Assembly: GCA_017531805.1 (NCBI GenBank)
Contig: JAFXKG010000002.1
Span: 8,817 to 72,816 of the forward strand
Length of the DNA stretch: 64,000 bases
Reading direction: 5' to 3'
Source: Clostridia bacterium
GTDB lineage: Bacteria; Bacillota; Clostridia; Christensenellales; UBA1242
Below the pieces are notes generated by a model. The model was not told the origin of the DNA. It ran no database searches and saw nothing but the letters and a program-made list of their open reading frames with translations. Made by a program: the position numbers and the translations under genes. Positions 37,486 through 47,725 of this stretch are shown here, in pieces (positions within the stretch are counted from its first letter, which is position 1; each line of letters begins with the position of its first letter).

Positions 37486-39306
37486 TTATTTTTTGTTTTT
37501 GGTTGGTTTAATTTCTATTGGTTTCCAGTATGCTTCTTGCAACCTGTCTGCATCAAAGCAAGTTGTGTTAGGGCAAATTGCACGATGAATTATAACGCCT
37601 CTACCCGTGGATACAAAACCGATTATATCATCACCATACATTGGATGACAGCATCCAGCAAATTTGATTAGAGTGTTGTTTAAATCTTTTACCACGACTT
37701 GTTTTTCGGTAGGGGTAGCAATTCTTTCGCCAGTTGCTTGTGTGGTAATAATTGTTTTGTTTTTAATTTGTTTTTGATAAGCTGTGGCCAACTTTGTTGC
37801 AATAGGTTTTGCTGGTATAGAGTTTGTGCCTATGTTTGCAAAAAGTTCGTTTTCTTCTGTAAAGTTGTAATATTCTAATATGTCCGCCATGCTCTTTTTT
37901 GTCATCAATTTGCTGACAGAAAAGCCTTTTTCTTTTATGGCATTTTCTAATATTGTTTTGCCAAGTTTAATGTTGTCTTCCTTCATATTTTTTTTGAAGA
38001 AGGTGTTAATTTTGTTTTTGGCTTCGCTTGTTTTTATGATTTTTAGCCAGTCTCTTGATGGGCCTTTTGAGTTTGGGTTTGTGATTATTTCTACAACATC
38101 GCCATTGTGTAACGATGTGGTGGTTGGCACCATTTTGTTGTTGACTTTTGCACCAACACATTTGTTGCCAACTTCACTGTGTATAGCGTAGGCAAAATCA
38201 ATTGGTGTTGCATCGCGTGGAAGATATATTACTTTACCTTTTGGTGTTTGAACAAAAATTTCGCCTTCGTAAATATCTTGACTTAACGAAGATGCAAGTT
38301 CGTCTATGCTTATATCTTCATTTTCCATCATTTGTCGCAACCAAGCAAGCCTAGAGTCAAGAGTATCTAATTTAGATTTTTTCTCTTTATAAAGCCAGTG
38401 AGCAGCAACACCGTACTCTGCAAATTTATGCATTTCTTCTGTGCGTATTTGAATTTCTACTGGCACACCTTCAAAAATTACAGTGGTGTGTAAAGATTGA
38501 TAACCATTTGACTTAGGTATGGCTATATAGTCTTTAAAACGCTTTTGCAAAGGCTCTACTTTGCTGTGAATTCTGCCTAAAAGAGCATAACAGTCTTGTG
38601 TTGTACTTAGCACGGCACGCACTGCAATCAAGTCGTATATATTATCTAAAGTGCGGTCTTGTAACTTTCTGTAAATGCTGTAGACATGCTTTTTTCTGCC
38701 ATAAACTCTGCCTGTTATGTTTAAATCTTTTAAGCAATCGTTTACAAGAGCACAAAGATTATCTACAATAGGTAGACGACTAGAAAATCGATTGTCAACT
38801 TCTTTTTTTATCCTAAGATATTCAGATGGATTGTCTAAATAAAAAGCAGTATCTTCCAATTCAGTTTTAATTTTGGATAATCCTAATCTTGCCGCAAGTG
38901 GGGCATATAAAGAGAAAATTGATTTTGCCAGTATCTTTTTTTCTTCTTCAGTAGTGTTTAAAAAATGTATATTGTTTACAATAGTTGCAATTTTTAACAT
39001 TATTATACGCACATCTTTTGTGATTGCAAAAAACATTTTTCTTAAATTTTCTGCTTCGTTGGCTTGTTGAGAGTAATTGATAGAATCAAGTTTGTTTAAA
39101 ACTTGTATACACTCAAAAGAGGATTCAAAATCTTGTTTGATATTTTCAAGACTTATTTTGCCATCTTTAAATAATTGATATAATACACCGTCTAACTTGA
39201 TTTCATCATTTAATTGCATATTGTCTAAAATATGCAAAAAGTCTTCTATTTGTGCCAAGTTTGTTTCGTCAAATTGTTTTAAAAGTTCATTAATCTTGTT
39301 TTTCAT
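37486..39306 (-). CDS. relA: RelA/SpoT family (p)ppGpp synthetase with degenerate hydrolase domain
   Basis: APLA.RLG, R.KH.YSI..K, KDYIA.PK.NGYQSLHT, EIQIRT, TGS (TP.DFAY.IH), CC.P..GD zinc-finger segment. Confidence 0.88.
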   Translation of the reverse strand: MKNKINELLKQFDETNLAQIEDFLHILDNMQLNDEIKLDGVLYQLFKDGKISLENIKQDFESSFECIQVLNKLDSINYSQQANEAENLRKMFFAITKDVRIIMLKIATIVNNIHFLNTTEEEKKILAKSIFSLYAPLAARLGLSKIKTELEDTAFYLDNPSEYLRIKKEVDNRFSSRLPIVDNLCALVNDCLKDLNITGRVYGRKKHVYSIYRKLQDRTLDNIYDLIAVRAVLSTTQDCYALLGRIHSKVEPLQKRFKDYIAIPKSNGYQSLHTTVIFEGVPVEIQIRTEEMHKFAEYGVAAHWLYKEKKSKLDTLDSRLAWLRQMMENEDISIDELASSLSQDIYEGEIFVQTPKGKVIYLPRDATPIDFAYAIHSEVGNKCVGAKVNNKMVPTTTSLHNGDVVEIITNPNSKGPSRDWLKIIKTSEAKNKINTFFKKNMKEDNIKLGKTILENAIKEKGFSVSKLMTKKSMADILEYYNFTEENELFANIGTNSIPAKPIATKLATAYQKQIKNKTIITTQATGERIATPTEKQVVVKDLNNTLIKFAGCCHPMYGDDIIGFVSTGRGVIIHRAICPNTTCFDADRLQEAYWKPIEIKPTKNKK

Positions 39307-39401
39307 TATACAAGCATTTTATCATAACTTTAATTTTTTTACAATGGTTTTTGTCCAATCTAATATTCTATTTTTGTAGAAATTTTCATAGATATGTATA
39401 T

Positions 39402-42029
39402 ATGCATTATTTAAACAAAAATCAAGTGTTAGAACAAGTTGGGACAAGCTTGCAAGGATTAAATAAAAAAGAGATTGAACGACGCCTAAATCAATACGGC
39501 AAAAACGAACTTGGCAAAGAAAAAAAACAAACTTTTTTAAAATGTTTTTTTAAGCAGTTTTTAAATATAATGGTTGCTATTTTGCTTGTATCGGCTGTTG
39601 CGTCTATTACAATAGCGATTATAAAAAAAGAATATGCAGATTTATTTGAAGGATTTGTTATTTTGTTTATTGTAATTATGAATGCGCTGATAGGTGTGTT
39701 TCAGGAAAGCAAGGCACAAGCGTGTATTGAAGATTTGCAAAAATACAACAAAATATTTGTAAAAACAATACGCGATGGACAAGTTGCTAAAGTTGACAGT
39801 ATAGACCTTGTGGTTGGCGACATTGTGGAAATGGAAGCAGGCAACATTGTGTCTGCGGATATAAGGCTGATTGAAACAAACAATTTCTATTGTGACGAAA
39901 GTTCTTTAACCGGAGAAAGTATACCAGCAGAAAAAGATGCGGAAGTGGTTTTAAAAGAAACTACACCGTTGGCAGAACGCAAAAACATGGCTTATTCTGG
40001 AAGTATGGATACAAACGGAAAGGCTAAAGGTGTGGTTGTGCAAACAGGCAAATCAACCGAACTTGGCAAAATTGCAAATATATTATTTAACTCAAAAAAA
40101 GAAAGAACTCCGCTTCAAAAATCGATTGATAAGATTGGCAAAATAATCACATGGACAGTCCTTGCAGTGTGTTTCACAATACTTATTATAGAATTGGTTT
40201 CTGGCAATGGAATTAAGGATGCTTTAATGGTGTCAGTTGCTTTGGCGGTGGCGGCCATACCAGAAAGTTTACCTGCTGTCATAACTATAATATTGGCACT
40301 TGGTGTGCAACAACTTGCAAAAAGAAGATGTATCATAAAACGATTGCATGCGGTTGAGACATTAGGTAGTTGCGAAATTATTTGCAGCGACAAAACAGGC
40401 ACGCTTACAATGAACAAAATGCAAGTTGTTCAAACTTATACAAATCGAACAGATGATACTACAAGTGAAGAATTTTTAGACATGACAAAATGTATGATGC
40501 TTTGCAACAACACGAATATTGAAAAAGGCAAACTGGCAGGAGAACCAACAGAACTTGCTTTGTATGAATATGCCTTAAAATATACAAAACATGGTAAAGA
40601 AAAAATCATACATGAAATACCTTTTAATTCTACACGAAAGATGATGACGGTTTTGGTGTCAGATAAAAACATGTACTCATACAGTAAAGGTGCGCCAGAA
40701 AAAATAATAAAAAAATGTAAATTTATCAAAATTAATGGCAAAATTGTTGAATTTTCTGCAAATTTAAAAGAAAAAATTGAAAATTTTAATAATTTAATGA
40801 CAGATAAGGCTTTAAGAGTTATGGCATTTGCAATGAAAAATATAGAATTGTCTAATGCAAACGAAGACACTGAAGAAAATTTAATTTTTTTAGGTTTGGC
40901 AGGACTTATGGATAAACCAAGACCAGAAGTAAAAGATAGCATTAAAAGTTGTTTTAAAGCAGGTTTAAAACCGGTAATGATAACTGGTGACCATAAGCGT
41001 ACTGCGTTTGCAATAGCACACGATTTGGGCATTGCAAATTCTATTGAACAAGTTGTCACTGGTGAAGAACTGGATAAAATGAGCGATAAGCAATTAAAAC
41101 AATCGTGTCACAAGTTTACTGTTTACGCACGCGTAAGTCCAGAACATAAAGTGAGAATTGTAAAAGCGTATAAATCACTTAAAAAGATTGTTGCCATGAC
41201 AGGCGATGGGGTAAACGATGCGCCAAGTTTAAAAATTGCAGACATTGGTGTAGGTATGGGCAAAAGTGGAACAGATGTGGTAAAAAATGTTGCCGATATG
41301 GTTGTGACTGATGATAATTTTGCTTCTATAGTAGTTGCAGTGGAAGAAGGGCGTAAGGTTTATAACAATATTCAAAAAGCACTTCAGTTTTTGATTTCTA
41401 CAAACTGCGTGGAAGTGTTTGGCATGCTTATATCTTTGGTTTTCTTTCCTGAATATACATTTTTATTGCCAGCACAGATGTTGTTTATAAATTTGGTTAC
41501 CGACAGTTTGCCTGCATTTGCACTGGGTATGGAAAAGGTAGAAAAAGAAATAATGGAATCTCCACCACGAGACAGTCATGCAGGTTTGTTTGGTGGTAAG
41601 GTTGGTATTTCTACACTTTATCAATCTGTTTTGCAAACATTGATTGTTATGGTTGTGTTTGTTGTGGGTGTTTATTGTTATTCTCCGGATGTTGCCAGCA
41701 CAATGGTTTTCTTTACTGTGATATTTATGCAGTTGTTGCATAGTGTAAACTGCAAAACAAACGGAAGTATATTTGAAAAAAATTTGTTAGACAACAAAAC
41801 TTTTAATATTTGTTTTCTTATAACTTTAGGATTAAACTTGTTGGTTGCTTGTGTGCCTTTTATGTATACAATATTTAATTTAGAATTTTTAAATTTGTCT
41901 CAATGGATTATGGTAATAATTGCTTCAGTTTTAATTATACCTGCATGTGAATTAATTAAAATTTTTATAAATAATAAAAAATATAGCAAAAAATTATTAA
42001 AATTTAATAAAAAATCAATAAAAAATTAA
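39402..42029 (+). CDS. P-type cation (Ca2+-like) transporting ATPase
   Basis: LTGES, AIPESLP, CSDKTGTLT, KGAPE, TGDH, TGDGVNDAP motifs. Confidence 0.93.
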   Translation: MHYLNKNQVLEQVGTSLQGLNKKEIERRLNQYGKNELGKEKKQTFLKCFFKQFLNIMVAILLVSAVASITIAIIKKEYADLFEGFVILFIVIMNALIGVFQESKAQACIEDLQKYNKIFVKTIRDGQVAKVDSIDLVVGDIVEMEAGNIVSADIRLIETNNFYCDESSLTGESIPAEKDAEVVLKETTPLAERKNMAYSGSMDTNGKAKGVVVQTGKSTELGKIANILFNSKKERTPLQKSIDKIGKIITWTVLAVCFTILIIELVSGNGIKDALMVSVALAVAAIPESLPAVITIILALGVQQLAKRRCIIKRLHAVETLGSCEIICSDKTGTLTMNKMQVVQTYTNRTDDTTSEEFLDMTKCMMLCNNTNIEKGKLAGEPTELALYEYALKYTKHGKEKIIHEIPFNSTRKMMTVLVSDKNMYSYSKGAPEKIIKKCKFIKINGKIVEFSANLKEKIENFNNLMTDKALRVMAFAMKNIELSNANEDTEENLIFLGLAGLMDKPRPEVKDSIKSCFKAGLKPVMITGDHKRTAFAIAHDLGIANSIEQVVTGEELDKMSDKQLKQSCHKFTVYARVSPEHKVRIVKAYKSLKKIVAMTGDGVNDAPSLKIADIGVGMGKSGTDVVKNVADMVVTDDNFASIVVAVEEGRKVYNNIQKALQFLISTNCVEVFGMLISLVFFPEYTFLLPAQMLFINLVTDSLPAFALGMEKVEKEIMESPPRDSHAGLFGGKVGISTLYQSVLQTLIVMVVFVVGVYCYSPDVASTMVFFTVIFMQLLHSVNCKTNGSIFEKNLLDNKTFNICFLITLGLNLLVACVPFMYTIFNLEFLNLSQWIMVIIASVLIIPACELIKIFINNKKYSKKLLKFNKKSIKN

Positions 42030-42143
42030 ATTTTTAATAAAAAATAAATAATTAAATTATTTTAAAATAAAAAATCAATTTCTTTTTCTTTCAAAAAAAG
42101 TATAAAAAAACTACATTTGGTAATGATAAATGTAGGAGGACTT

Positions 42144-42581
42144 ATGAGCGTTGAAAGTAAAAGAAAATTGTCGGTGATTGTGTACTATACACTTGTTATC
42201 CTTGCTATTGTAAGTGCTATATTTTTTGCGTATACATTAATCATACAAAACATGGTTATGTGGGCAAAAGTTGTGTACTTCATTTGGGTAGGTTTGGTGA
42301 TTGGTGCTGTAATCTATGACGTCATTTGTACCACGACTAAAGAATCAAAATATATGTCAGGTTGGATTGTTTATATTTTGAGTTTGCTTTCAGTGGTGGT
42401 TGCTGTTGTGTTGTATTTTATGAATACTACAAGAACAGGACTTATTGCAAACTTCTTTAATATGGTGTTGTCTACATCTTTGATTTCGTTCATCGTGTCA
42501 GGTTTCTTAATTGCAACTTGGTGTGTTGGTGAAAGCATGGTAGAACATCGTACTGCAGAAAGAGAAATTGAAGGAAGATAA
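42144..42581 (+). CDS. four-TM membrane protein
   Basis: AGGAGG RBS; four hydrophobic segments. Confidence 0.75.
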   Translation: MSVESKRKLSVIVYYTLVILAIVSAIFFAYTLIIQNMVMWAKVVYFIWVGLVIGAVIYDVICTTTKESKYMSGWIVYILSLLSVVVAVVLYFMNTTRTGLIANFFNMVLSTSLISFIVSGFLIATWCVGESMVEHRTAEREIEGR

Positions 42582-42653
42582 CAATCTTTTAGTTTCTTAT
42601 CACTATGAAAAAATACGGCAATTCCGTGTTTTTTTGTATATTAAAATTTGTTT

Positions 42654-43379
42654 TTATAATGTTAAACCGCCGTCTATTGTGATGATTTGACCTGTGATAA
42701 AATCGGCTTTGTCTGATATCAAAAATTCCACAAGATTAGCCACATCTTGTGGATAACCTATTCTGCCAACAGGGGTTGCACAAACAATATCATCAACGGA
42801 GTTTTTATCAAGGTGATTATTCATTTTACTTTCTATCAAACCAGGGCAAATTGCATTTACTGTAATGCCTGATGGTCCAAGTTCTTTTGCAAGAGCTTTG
42901 GTTAAAGTGTTTATTGCGCCTTTGCTTGCTGAGTACAAAGACTCTACACTTGCACCTACCACGCCCCACATTGACGATATGTTTACAATTTTGCCACTTT
43001 GTGCGCTTATCATGTGCTTTGCCACTTTGCTTATTGTAGAAACTGTACCATAAACATTTGTGCCAAAGATTTTGTTATAGTCATCTTTTGTTACATCTTG
43101 TATTTGCTTAAATTGAGTGATGCCAGCACAATTTATCAAACAATCAATTTGTCCAAATGTTTTTAAGATTGTAGTAATTGTATCTTCTACTTGTTTTTCA
43201 TTACACAAATCACACTTTAAGTCTAAAATTTGTACATTTTTAAATTCTTTTTTAAGTGCAATTATTGGGTCTTCGTTTGTATTATATAGCACCGCTAAAT
43301 TGTATCCGTTTTTTGCAAGTGTTTGTGCAATTTGTATGCCAATATCACCACTTGCCCCTGTTATTATTGCTGTTTTCAT
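42654..43379 (-). CDS. short-chain dehydrogenase (FabG/YmfI-like)
   Basis: TGASGDIG, NCAG, NISS.WG, YSASK, DGG motifs. Confidence 0.9.
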   Translation of the reverse strand: MKTAIITGASGDIGIQIAQTLAKNGYNLAVLYNTNEDPIIALKKEFKNVQILDLKCDLCNEKQVEDTITTILKTFGQIDCLINCAGITQFKQIQDVTKDDYNKIFGTNVYGTVSTISKVAKHMISAQSGKIVNISSMWGVVGASVESLYSASKGAINTLTKALAKELGPSGITVNAICPGLIESKMNNHLDKNSVDDIVCATPVGRIGYPQDVANLVEFLISDKADFITGQIITIDGGLTL

Positions 43380-43471
43380 GTTGTTATTATAGCAACTAAA
43401 ATCAAATTTTACAATAGTTTTATATCAAAAATTATATTGACTTTGTTATAATAAAATATTATAATAAAAAT

Positions 43472-44314
43472 ATGAGTATTAAAATTAAAAGGTTTTTAAA
43501 AATATCAATCATAACATTGTTGGTAATTGCGGTTATTGCAGGCACATGTTATTTGTTTTATTCTCGCTTTGTTAAAAGCAAGGATAGTTTTGCCACTGTA
43601 ACAAGTTTTGTAAACAGTAAAGAGCAAACAGATTTTAACAACAAAATTGTAAATGTAAATGCAAAATCGGGTTGTAATAGATTTACAGATTTTTTGATTA
43701 TACAACAAGATTTTGAAAATATCACATATGTGCTAAACGGATATTTGACAAGCGCTGATGATTATGATATTGACGAAACGAAAATTATAGACTCTTTAAA
43801 TTCAGCAATTGAAGTGCGTAATGCTTGTAGCTCTATGTTAAAAGAATATGAGACAAAGTGCGATATAGCTGCTCCAGGTTTTAATCCAGAGTCTGGTGCA
43901 AATGATCTGTATGCTGGTCTTGCGTCTTACTATGTTACATATGCCAAGTTTTTGCAAGTTGTAGATGCAGAAATCAACAAAGTAGTTGACAAAACTGCTG
44001 ATGTTAAATTTGCCTTAATTGATGTCTATTTAAACATGACAATACAAACATATTCTCAGTTGATAACAACAAATCAAGTTGTGTCTGTGTTTAATGCATC
44101 AAACATAAAATTATTTTCTAATTATTTTGAATTAAATAATTCTTATGTTGGATTTGATGTTAATAACTATATGTTTATCAACAATTACAATGCTTGCAAC
44201 AAAGCAGAATTTGCAAACAAGTTTGCACAAAGTCTTGCAAATGATATACAGTTAAATGGCGACAAATTAAACGACGCTATGTACTATTTTAAAGCAATGG
44301 AGGGACTATTATAA
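43472..44314 (+). CDS. membrane-anchored hypothetical protein
   Basis: N-terminal TM helix; 280-aa ORF in operon with gltX. Confidence 0.7.
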   Translation: MSIKIKRFLKISIITLLVIAVIAGTCYLFYSRFVKSKDSFATVTSFVNSKEQTDFNNKIVNVNAKSGCNRFTDFLIIQQDFENITYVLNGYLTSADDYDIDETKIIDSLNSAIEVRNACSSMLKEYETKCDIAAPGFNPESGANDLYAGLASYYVTYAKFLQVVDAEINKVVDKTADVKFALIDVYLNMTIQTYSQLITTNQVVSVFNASNIKLFSNYFELNNSYVGFDVNNYMFINNYNACNKAEFANKFAQSLANDIQLNGDKLNDAMYYFKAMEGLL

Positions 44315-45372
44315 TGAAAAAGTGGTTATGTTTATTATTATGTATGTTCTTGTTGCCTAGCGCGTTTTTGTTGTCTGCATGCAAAAACAAATCTGGTTAT
44401 CAGTTAAAAGACCTTAACAACGATTACATTGGTATTTGTACAGGTGGATTGTTTAAATATACACAAAATAAAATCATTATTGATTATTCTGATTATTCAA
44501 GTTTAAACACTGTAATCAATCAGGAACCTTATAGCAATATTGGTAAATATAATGAGATGTTTGAAAACATGATGTTGTTTGCAAACTCTTATGTTGACGA
44601 TTGTTCTAACGATACAAAAGAAATAGATAAAGGTACTCGTGAACTTATTAAAGACCAATTAAAAGAATTAAAAGACCAATTTAGTGTTGTTCAACAAAGG
44701 GCAGAAGAATTAGACAAAATTGTAGAAATGCATGATGATTTCAATGCAATTTGTATGAATAGGCTTGCAAAGTTGTTAGAAAGTTATAATCCTTTGTTTG
44801 TAAAAGCATATAATTTTAGTCATACACTTTCTACTATATACTTTGCAGGTGTTCAAGTGCCAAATGTTGCAGGCGTAAGTGTTGCAAATTTTAGCCCTTT
44901 AAATGGTACAGTAGATTTTAGATTGGATGCAAGGCTTAAACATCAGGTTGTAAATACTACAAGATATTATGTAGAACTTTATGTGGAAAGTGAAGGTATT
45001 GCATCAAGTTTGACAAGAAAATCTGGCGACAATTACAATCAATTACAAAATTTTGCAAATTATCAAAGCAAAATTAACACATTAAAAAACAGAAGATATG
45101 ATGAAACAAACTTAGGTGTTATTAGTTTAAATGATAGTTTAGAGCAAGAATATTTAAATTTGTTTGTTCAAGCATGTGGCATGCAAAGGGCATTAAACAA
45201 TGATATTGCAAAATATAATGTGGCAATTGGCGCTGTAAATTACTCTGAATTGATTGTTGATGATATGACAGACTTTGAAAAACAATATAAAACTATGATA
45301 GACAACTTTGGTTATATTATAGAAGAGTATAACAATGTATTAGATAATTTGCTAGACAAAATGGGAGCATAA
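44314..45372 (+). CDS. putative lipoprotein
   Basis: Signal peptide with lipobox LSAC. Confidence 0.72.
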   Translation: MKKWLCLLLCMFLLPSAFLLSACKNKSGYQLKDLNNDYIGICTGGLFKYTQNKIIIDYSDYSSLNTVINQEPYSNIGKYNEMFENMMLFANSYVDDCSNDTKEIDKGTRELIKDQLKELKDQFSVVQQRAEELDKIVEMHDDFNAICMNRLAKLLESYNPLFVKAYNFSHTLSTIYFAGVQVPNVAGVSVANFSPLNGTVDFRLDARLKHQVVNTTRYYVELYVESEGIASSLTRKSGDNYNQLQNFANYQSKINTLKNRRYDETNLGVISLNDSLEQEYLNLFVQACGMQRALNNDIAKYNVAIGAVNYSELIVDDMTDFEKQYKTMIDNFGYIIEEYNNVLDNLLDKMGA

Positions 45373-45373
45373 A

Positions 45374-47035
45374 ATGACAGAAAAAGAATATTCTGAATTA
45401 GCAGATTTGTTGTATCCAAACACTTTGGATACATCTTTTTACTTTAATAAATACAAACCACGCGATGTACAAGGAGAAGTAACTCGTATTGCACCAAGCC
45501 CTACAGGTTATTTACATATTGGTCAACTTTATCAGGCTCTTGTGCACAGGATGCTTGCGGACAAAACAAACGGATTGTTTTATTGCAGGTTGGAAGACAC
45601 GGATGGCAAACGAGAAGTTGAAAATGCAGGCAAAATAGCCTACGATATGCTTTGCAGATTTGGTTTAAAACCAGACGAGGGTTATTGTGGTGACAATAAT
45701 GAAGTTGGCGATTATGGTCCATATAAGCAATCTGAAAGAGTTGAGATATATCGAGCATTTGCACACGACCTTGTAAAACGCGGAAAAGCGTTCCCTTGTT
45801 TTTGCGAAGTTACCTCTGGAAAGGAAGAAATATTAAAGCGTAGGGAAGAAGAACTTGAAACTAACGATGATTTGGAAGTTAAGGATCCATGTCGTGAATT
45901 GTCATTAGAAGATGTTAAACAAAAACTTGAGCAAGGCAAAACATTTGCTTTGCGCTTAAAATCTGATGGAGATAAAGAAAAATCTTATAAATTTATTGAC
46001 GCCATAAAAGGCGAAAAAGAAGTTAGAGAAAATACCAAAGATGATGTTTTGATTAAATCTAATGGTATACCTGTATATGCATTTGCACATATTGTTGATG
46101 ATATGCTTATGAAAACAACAACAGTTATTCGTGGGCAAGAGTGGTATCAGTCTTTGCCAGTACACTTAGAACTTTCAAAGGCGTTTGGATATAAACCATT
46201 TAAATATGCGCATACTCCAAACATTTGCGTGTTGGATGAAAATGGCAACAAACGCAAAATAAGCAAACGCAAGGATACATTTGCTGATGTACGCTTTTTC
46301 CTTAAAACGGGCTATCCAATCACAGCGGTTATTGAATATCTTTTAAATTTATTAAACAGTGATTTTGAAAACTGGCGTAAAAACAATCCTGAATTATCTT
46401 ACAAAGAATTTCCTTTTGCAGTTAAAAAAATTGGTGTAACAAATCCTTTGTTTGATTTTGTTAAACTTAACGATATTAGCAAGACAATCATTTCAAAGTA
46501 CACAGCAGAACAAGTGTATGAAAGTTTGATTAATTGGGCAAAAGAGTGGAGCACAAATGATGTTGCAAAAATAGAACAAAACAAAGATGTTTTAATTAAA
46601 ATCTTTTCTATTGACAGGGGCACACCAAGACCAAGAAAAGACATAACTTATATGAGTGAAGTTTTAGAATTGTATAATTATGTGTTGCCTAACTTTGAAC
46701 CAACATTTAATTTTGAATTAGGTGCAGTTGATAAAAATGATTTGATTGTTTTCTTAAATGACTATAAAGATAACTATCAACAGGCTGTTGACAATCAAGC
46801 ATGGTTTGAAGATTTAAAGAGTATGTCTATTAAACACAATTTTGTAGATAACAAAACTTATAAACAAAATCCAGAAGCATATTCTGGCAATGTAAGTGAC
46901 ACATCTAAGTTTATTCGTCTTGCAATTACAGGCAAAGAGAATAGTCCGGAACTTTATTCTATTATGAAAATTTTAGGTGTTAAAAAATGTAAAGCGCGTT
47001 TACAAAATTTAATTGAATATATCCAAAAAATTTAG
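45374..47035 (+). CDS. gltX: glutamate--tRNA ligase
   Basis: TRIAPSPTG.LHIG, RLEDTD, GPY.QSER, VDD.LM..T.VIRG.EW, KISKR motifs. Confidence 0.93.
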   Translation: MTEKEYSELADLLYPNTLDTSFYFNKYKPRDVQGEVTRIAPSPTGYLHIGQLYQALVHRMLADKTNGLFYCRLEDTDGKREVENAGKIAYDMLCRFGLKPDEGYCGDNNEVGDYGPYKQSERVEIYRAFAHDLVKRGKAFPCFCEVTSGKEEILKRREEELETNDDLEVKDPCRELSLEDVKQKLEQGKTFALRLKSDGDKEKSYKFIDAIKGEKEVRENTKDDVLIKSNGIPVYAFAHIVDDMLMKTTTVIRGQEWYQSLPVHLELSKAFGYKPFKYAHTPNICVLDENGNKRKISKRKDTFADVRFFLKTGYPITAVIEYLLNLLNSDFENWRKNNPELSYKEFPFAVKKIGVTNPLFDFVKLNDISKTIISKYTAEQVYESLINWAKEWSTNDVAKIEQNKDVLIKIFSIDRGTPRPRKDITYMSEVLELYNYVLPNFEPTFNFELGAVDKNDLIVFLNDYKDNYQQAVDNQAWFEDLKSMSIKHNFVDNKTYKQNPEAYSGNVSDTSKFIRLAITGKENSPELYSIMKILGVKKCKARLQNLIEYIQKI

Positions 47036-47221
47036 CATATTGCTAAATTTTTTTTAAATTTTTTTTAAAAACAAATAAAAATTAATTATTTTTATAAAAT
47101 TTTGATATTTTTAATAATATTTTTTAGTTATTGTAATAAAAAATTATTTATTAAAATTTTTACATATGATTTGTAAACTGAAAATATTTTATGATATAAT
47201 TACTATAATAAGGGGTGAAAT

Positions 47222-47725
47222 ATGGCAACAAGAAAAACTGCAAGTAAAGTTAGCAAAAAAGCAAGTTTAAATATTGATATTGAAGCGCCAAAAAAATCAA
47301 CAAAAAGAGAAGTTGCAAAAAATTTAAAAAAGATGAGCGGGGTTGCAATGTGCCTTGCTGTTATTTTGCTTGTTGGTGGTGTAGCTGGCGGATGGTTTGG
47401 ATGTAAATATTTGATGCGTAACGATTGCTTTACTCTTGTTGGTAAAGACGAAATAACTCTCACTGTTGGAGAAGTATATAAAGACGAAGGCGTAAATGTG
47501 ATTTCTTTTGGTAAGGACATGAAAGATAAAGTAATTGTAAAGACAAATATGGATGCAAAAGATGGTGGCTATACGTCACAAGAAATTGGTACATATTATA
47601 TGGTTTATACGGTGGATAGCATAAAGTATGGAACGTTATTTAAAATCCAAAAAATTAGGCTTATCACTTTTGTAGAAGAAAGCGAAGCAGAAGAAATTAT
47701 CACAGAAAATGGAGGTAATGACTAA
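47222..47725 (+). CDS. membrane-anchored Ig-like (DUF5011-like) domain protein
   Basis: TM helix then L.G...ITL.VG..Y.D.G...G.Y...YTV pattern. Confidence 0.6.
   Translation: MATRKTASKVSKKASLNIDIEAPKKSTKREVAKNLKKMSGVAMCLAVILLVGGVAGGWFGCKYLMRNDCFTLVGKDEITLTVGEVYKDEGVNVISFGKDMKDKVIVKTNMDAKDGGYTSQEIGTYYMVYTVDSIKYGTLFKIQKIRLITFVEESEAEEIITENGGND

Noticed and set aside
40115-41741. Long antisense ORFs inside the P-type ATPase (and similar ones inside ftsH, relA, oapA, cvpA)
   Set aside because: Shadow frames of well-supported genes, with no RBS or motifs.
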